A DNA stretch of 64,000 bases from assembly GCA_964057225.1 (NCBI GenBank), contig OZ059897.1, positions 22,258,001 to 22,322,000 on the forward strand. The letters run 5' to 3'. Within the stretch, counting starts at the first letter, position 1. Each line of letters opens with the position of its first letter. Origin of the DNA: Auanema rhodensis (taxonomy: Eukaryota > Animalia > Nematoda). The notes beneath the pieces were generated by a model. That model worked only from the letters and a program-made list of their open reading frames with translations. It was not told the origin of the DNA and made no database searches. Of this stretch, positions 59,801-64,000 are shown one piece after another. The position numbers were made by a program, and so were the translations under genes.

Positions 59801-61070
59801 ACCATGACTTTGAAATTTACGTGAACTTTAATTTATGCTAATTAAATGTACACGTGATGTGCACTTGGTATGTAACTCGCTTCACGTGAAAGATAAAGAG
59901 ATGCGGTTTTCAAAATTAGATTCCCCATGTCCATATTAGTCTAAAAACAAATTTTTATTGATATTGGTTCATGGTAACCATGACTTTGAAATTTACGTGA
60001 ACTTTAATTTATGCTAATTAAATGTACACGTGATGTGCACTTGGTATGTAACTCGCTTCACGTGAAAGATAAAGAGATGCGGTTTTCAAAATTAGATTCC
60101 CCATGTCCATATTAGTCTAAAAACAAATTTTTATTGATATTGCTTCATGGTAACCATGACTTTGAAATTTACGTGAACTTTAATTTATGCTAATTAAATG
60201 TACACGTGATGTGCACTTGGTATGTAACTCGCTTCACGTGAAAGATAAAGAGATGCGGTTTTCAAAATTAGATTCCCCATGTCCATATTAGTCTAAAAAC
60301 AAATTTTTATTGATATTGGTTCATGGTAACCATGACTTTGAAATTTACGTGAACTTTAATTTATGCTAATTAAATGTACACGTGATGTGCACTTGGTATG
60401 TAACTCGCTTCACGTGAAAGATAAAGAGATGCGGTTTTCAAAATTAGATTTCCCATGTCCATATTAATCTAAAAACAAATTTTTATTGATATTGGTTCAT
60501 GGTAACCATGACTTTGAAATTTACGTGAACTTTAATTTATGCTAATTAAATGTACACGTGATGTGCACTTGGTATGTAACTCGCTTCACGTGAAAGATAA
60601 AGAGATGCGGTTTTCAAAATTAGATTCCCCATGTCCATATTAGTCTAAAAACAAATTTTTATTGATATTGGTTCATGGTAACCATGACTTTGAAATTTAC
60701 GTGAACTTTAATTTATGCTAATTAAATGTACACGTGATGTGCACTTGGTATGTAACTCGCTTCACGTGAAAGATAAAGAGATGCGGTTTTCAAAATTAGA
60801 TTCCCCATGTCCATATTAGTCTAAAAACAAATTTTTATTGATATTGGTTCATGGTAACCATGACTTTGAAATTTACGTGAACTTTAATTTATGCTAATTA
60901 AATGTACACGTGATGTGCACTTGGTATGTAACTCGCTTCACGTGAAAGATAAAGAGATGCGGTTTTCAAAATTAGATTCCCCATGTCCATATTAGTCTAA
61001 AAACAAATTTTTATTGATATTGGTTCATGGTAACCATGACTTTGAAATTTACGTGAACTTTAATTTATGC
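56847..61070. repeat. Three tandem 8-mer HOR copies (1408-bp period), followed by a shortened fourth copy from 61071
   Basis: 75t+88t monomers at 56847, 58255, 59663 and 61071; C-type monomers at 57199, 58607 and 60015; 85t monomers at 57551, 58959 and 60367. Confidence 0.88.
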
Positions 61071-64000
61071 TAATTAAATGTACACGTGATGTGCACTTGG
61101 TATGTAACTCGCTTCACGTGAAAGATAAAGAGATGCGGTTTTCATAATTAGATTCCCTATGTCCATATTAGTCTAAAAACAAATTTTTATTGATATTGGT
61201 TCATGGTAACCATGACTTTGAAATTTACGTGAACTTTAATTTATGCTAATTAAATGTACACGTGATGTGCACTTGGTATGTAACTCGCTTCACGTGAAAG
61301 ATAAAGAGATGCGGTTTTCAAAATTAGATTCCCCATGTCCATATTAGTCTAAAAACAAATTTTTATTGATATTGGTTCATGGTAACCATGACTTTGAAAT
61401 TTACGTGAACTTTAATTTATGCTAATTAAATGTACACGTGATGTGCACTTGGTATGTAACTCGCTTCACGTGAAAGATAAAGAGATGCGGTTTTCAAAAT
61501 TAGATTCCCCATGTCCATATTAGTCTAAAAACAAATTTTTATTGATATTGGTTCATGGTAACCATGACTTTGAAATTTACGTGAACTTTAATTTATGCTA
61601 ATTAAATGTACACGTGATGTGCACTTGGTATGTAACTCGCTTCACGTGAAAGATAAAGAGATGCGGTTTTCAAAATTAGATTTCCCATGTCCATATTAAT
61701 CTAAAAACAAATTTTTATTGATATTGGTTCATGGTAACCATGACTTTGAAATTTACGTGAACTTTAATTTATGCTAATTAAATGTACACGTGATGTGCAC
61801 TTGGTATGTAACTCGCTTCACGTGAAAGATAAAGAGATGCGGTTTTCAAAATTAGATTCCCCATGTCCATATTAGTCTAAAAACAAATTTTTATTGATAT
61901 TGGTTCATGGTAACCATGACTTTGAAATTTACGTGAACTTTAATTTATGCTAATTAAATGTACACGTGATGTGCACTTGGTATGTAACTCGCTTCACGTG
62001 AAAGATAAAGAGATGCGGTTTTCAAAATTAGATTCCCCATGTCCATATTAGTCTAAAAACAAATTTTTATTGATATTGGTTCATGGTAACCATGACTTTG
62101 AAATTTACGTGAACTTTAATTTATGCTAATTAAATGTACACGTGATGTGCACTTGGTATGTAACTCGCTTCACGTGAAAGATAAAGAGATGCGGTTTTCA
62201 AAATTAGATTCCCCATGTCCATATTAGTCTATAAACAAATTTTTATTGATATTGGTTCATGGTAACCATGACTTTGAAATTTACGTGAACTTTAATTTAT
62301 GCTAATTAAATGTACACGTGATGTGCACTTGGTATGTAACTCGCTTCACGTGAAAGATAAAGAGATGCGGTTTTCAAAATTAGATTCCCCATGTCCATAT
62401 TAGTCTAAAAACAAATTTTTATTGATATTGGTTCATGGTAACCATGACTTTGAAATTTACGTGAACTTTAATTTATGCTAATTAAATGTACACGTGATGT
62501 GCACTTGGTATGTAACTCGCTTCACGTGAAAGATAAAGAGATGCGGTTTTCAAAATTAGATTCCCCATGTCCATATTAGTCTAAAAACAAATTTTTATTG
62601 ATACTGGTTCATGGTAACCATGACTTTGAAATTTACGTGAACTTTAATTTATGCTAATTAAATGTACACGTGATGTGCACTTGGTATGTAACTCGCTTCA
62701 CGTGAAAGATAAAGAGATGCGGTTTTCAAAATTAGATTCCCCATGTCCATATTAGTCTATAAACAAATTTTTATTGATATTGGTTCATGGTAACCATGAC
62801 TTTGAAGTTTACGTGAACTTTAATTTATGCTAATTAAATGTACACGTGATGTGCACTTGGTATGTAACTCGCTTCACGTGAAAGATAAAGAGATGCGGTT
62901 TTCAAAATTAGATTCCCCATGTCCATATTAGTCTAAAAACAAATTTTTATTGATATTGGTGCATGGTAACCATGACTTTGAAATTTACGTGAACTTTAAT
63001 TTATGCTAATTAAATGTACACGTGATGTGCACTTGGTATGTAACTCGCTTCACGTGAAAGATAAAGAGATGCGGTTCTCAAAATTAGATTCCCCATGTCC
63101 ATATTAGTCTAAAAACAAATTTTTCGTGATATTGGTTCATGGTAACCATGACTTTGAAATTTACGTGAACTTTAATTTATGCTAATTAAATGTACACGTG
63201 ATGTGCACTTGGTATGTAACTCGCTTCACGTGAAAGATAAAGAGATGCGGTTTTCAAAATTAGATTCCCCATGTCCATATTAGTCTAAAAACAAATTTTT
63301 ATTGATATTGGTTCATGGTAACCATGACTTTGAAATTTACGTGAACTTTAATTTATGCTAATTAAATGTACACGTGATGTGCACTTGGTATGTAACTCGC
63401 TTCACGTGAAAGATAAAGAGATGCGGTTTTCAAAATTAGATTCCCCATGTCCATATTAGTCTAAAAACAAATTTTTATTGATATTGGTTAATGGTAACCA
63501 TGACTTTGAAATTTACGTGAACTTTAATTTATGCTAATTAAATGTACACGTGATGTGCACTTGGTATGTAACTCGCTTCACGTGAAAGATAAAGAGATGC
63601 GGTTTTCAAAATTAGATTCCCCATGTCCATATTAGTCTAAAAACAAATTTTTATTGATATTGGTTCATGGTAACCATGACTTTGAAATTTACGTGAACTT
63701 TAATTTATGCTAATTAAATGTACACGTGATGTGCACTTGGTATGTAACTCGCTTCACGTGAAAGATAAAGAGATGCGGTTTTCAAAACTAGATTCCCCAT
63801 GTCCATATTAATCTAAAAACAAATTTTTATTGATATTGGTTCATGGTAACCATGACTTTGAAATTTACGTGAACTTTAATTTATGCTAATTAAATGTACA
63901 CGTGATGTGCACTTGGTATGTAACTCGCTTCACGTGAAAGATAAAGAGATGCGGTTTTCATAATTAGATTCCCTATGTCCATATTAGTCTAAAAACAAAT

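Larger units (their letters stand above)
1..64000. repeat. 176-bp tandem satellite DNA array (363 full monomers + 114-bp partial), probably centromeric/pericentromeric heterochromatin of a eukaryote
   Basis: TAATTAAATGTACACGTG recurs at 1, 177, 353, ... with period 176. The register shifts by -1 after 37196 and again after 55499. The array runs off both window ends, with no interruption or strand switch seen. The centromeric assignment is inferred from monomer length and homogeneity only. Confidence 0.99.

Noticed and set aside
1-64000. CRISPR array
   Set aside because: There are no unique spacers; the whole 176-bp unit is repeated and no cas genes are present.
1-64000. Protein-coding repeat or ORFs
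   Set aside because: 176 is not a multiple of 3 and stop codons are frequent on both strands, so only short chance ORFs are possible.
1-64000. Pure assembly or sequencing artefact (collapsed or concatemeric repeat)
   Set aside because: Recurrent, hierarchically shared substitutions and near absence of homopolymer indels look biological, though individual HOR copy numbers need read validation.
1-64000. Variant order as an encoded message or programmed diversification system
   Set aside because: The patterns are adequately explained by nested duplication, deletion and conversion, and no associated enzyme gene or template region is in the window.

Overview
The whole 64 kb window is one uninterrupted head-to-tail tandem array of an AT-rich (about 32% GC) 176-bp satellite monomer: 363 complete copies plus a 114-bp partial copy, all in one orientation. 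Consensus in the phase of position 1: TAATTAAATGTACACGTGATGTGCACTTGGTATGTAACTCGCTTCACGTGAAAGATAAAGAGATGCGGTTTTCAAAATTAGATTCCCCATGTCCATATTAGTCTAAAAACAAATTTTTATTGATATTGGTTCATGGTAACCATGACTTTGAAATTTACGTGAACTTTAATTTATGC. I found no genes, RNA genes, transposons, inversions or unique sequence. Monomer size and homogeneity (typically 0-5 differences from consensus) fit a eukaryotic centromeric/pericentromeric satellite; I do not recognise the family or the organism. The information lies in the variants. They define (i) a shuffled mosaic zone (1-15 kb), (ii) a 27/16/27-monomer higher-order repeat (HOR) at 15-27 kb, (iii) two interleaved 10-12-mer HOR families at 31-46 kb, and (iv) a nearly consensus right end with 8/9-mer HORs nested in a 40-41-monomer super-period. 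Only two monomers differ in length, and both carry the same complex deletion 18.3 kb apart. The monomer has a palindrome-rich, more conserved half and a more variable half rich in dinucleotide substitutions. Variant tallies were made by eye and should be confirmed computationally. Notation: Mn is monomer number n; 57g means monomer position 57 changed to G; T/G/C are the GGTTCA/GGTGCA/GCTTCA types at monomer positions 128-133.
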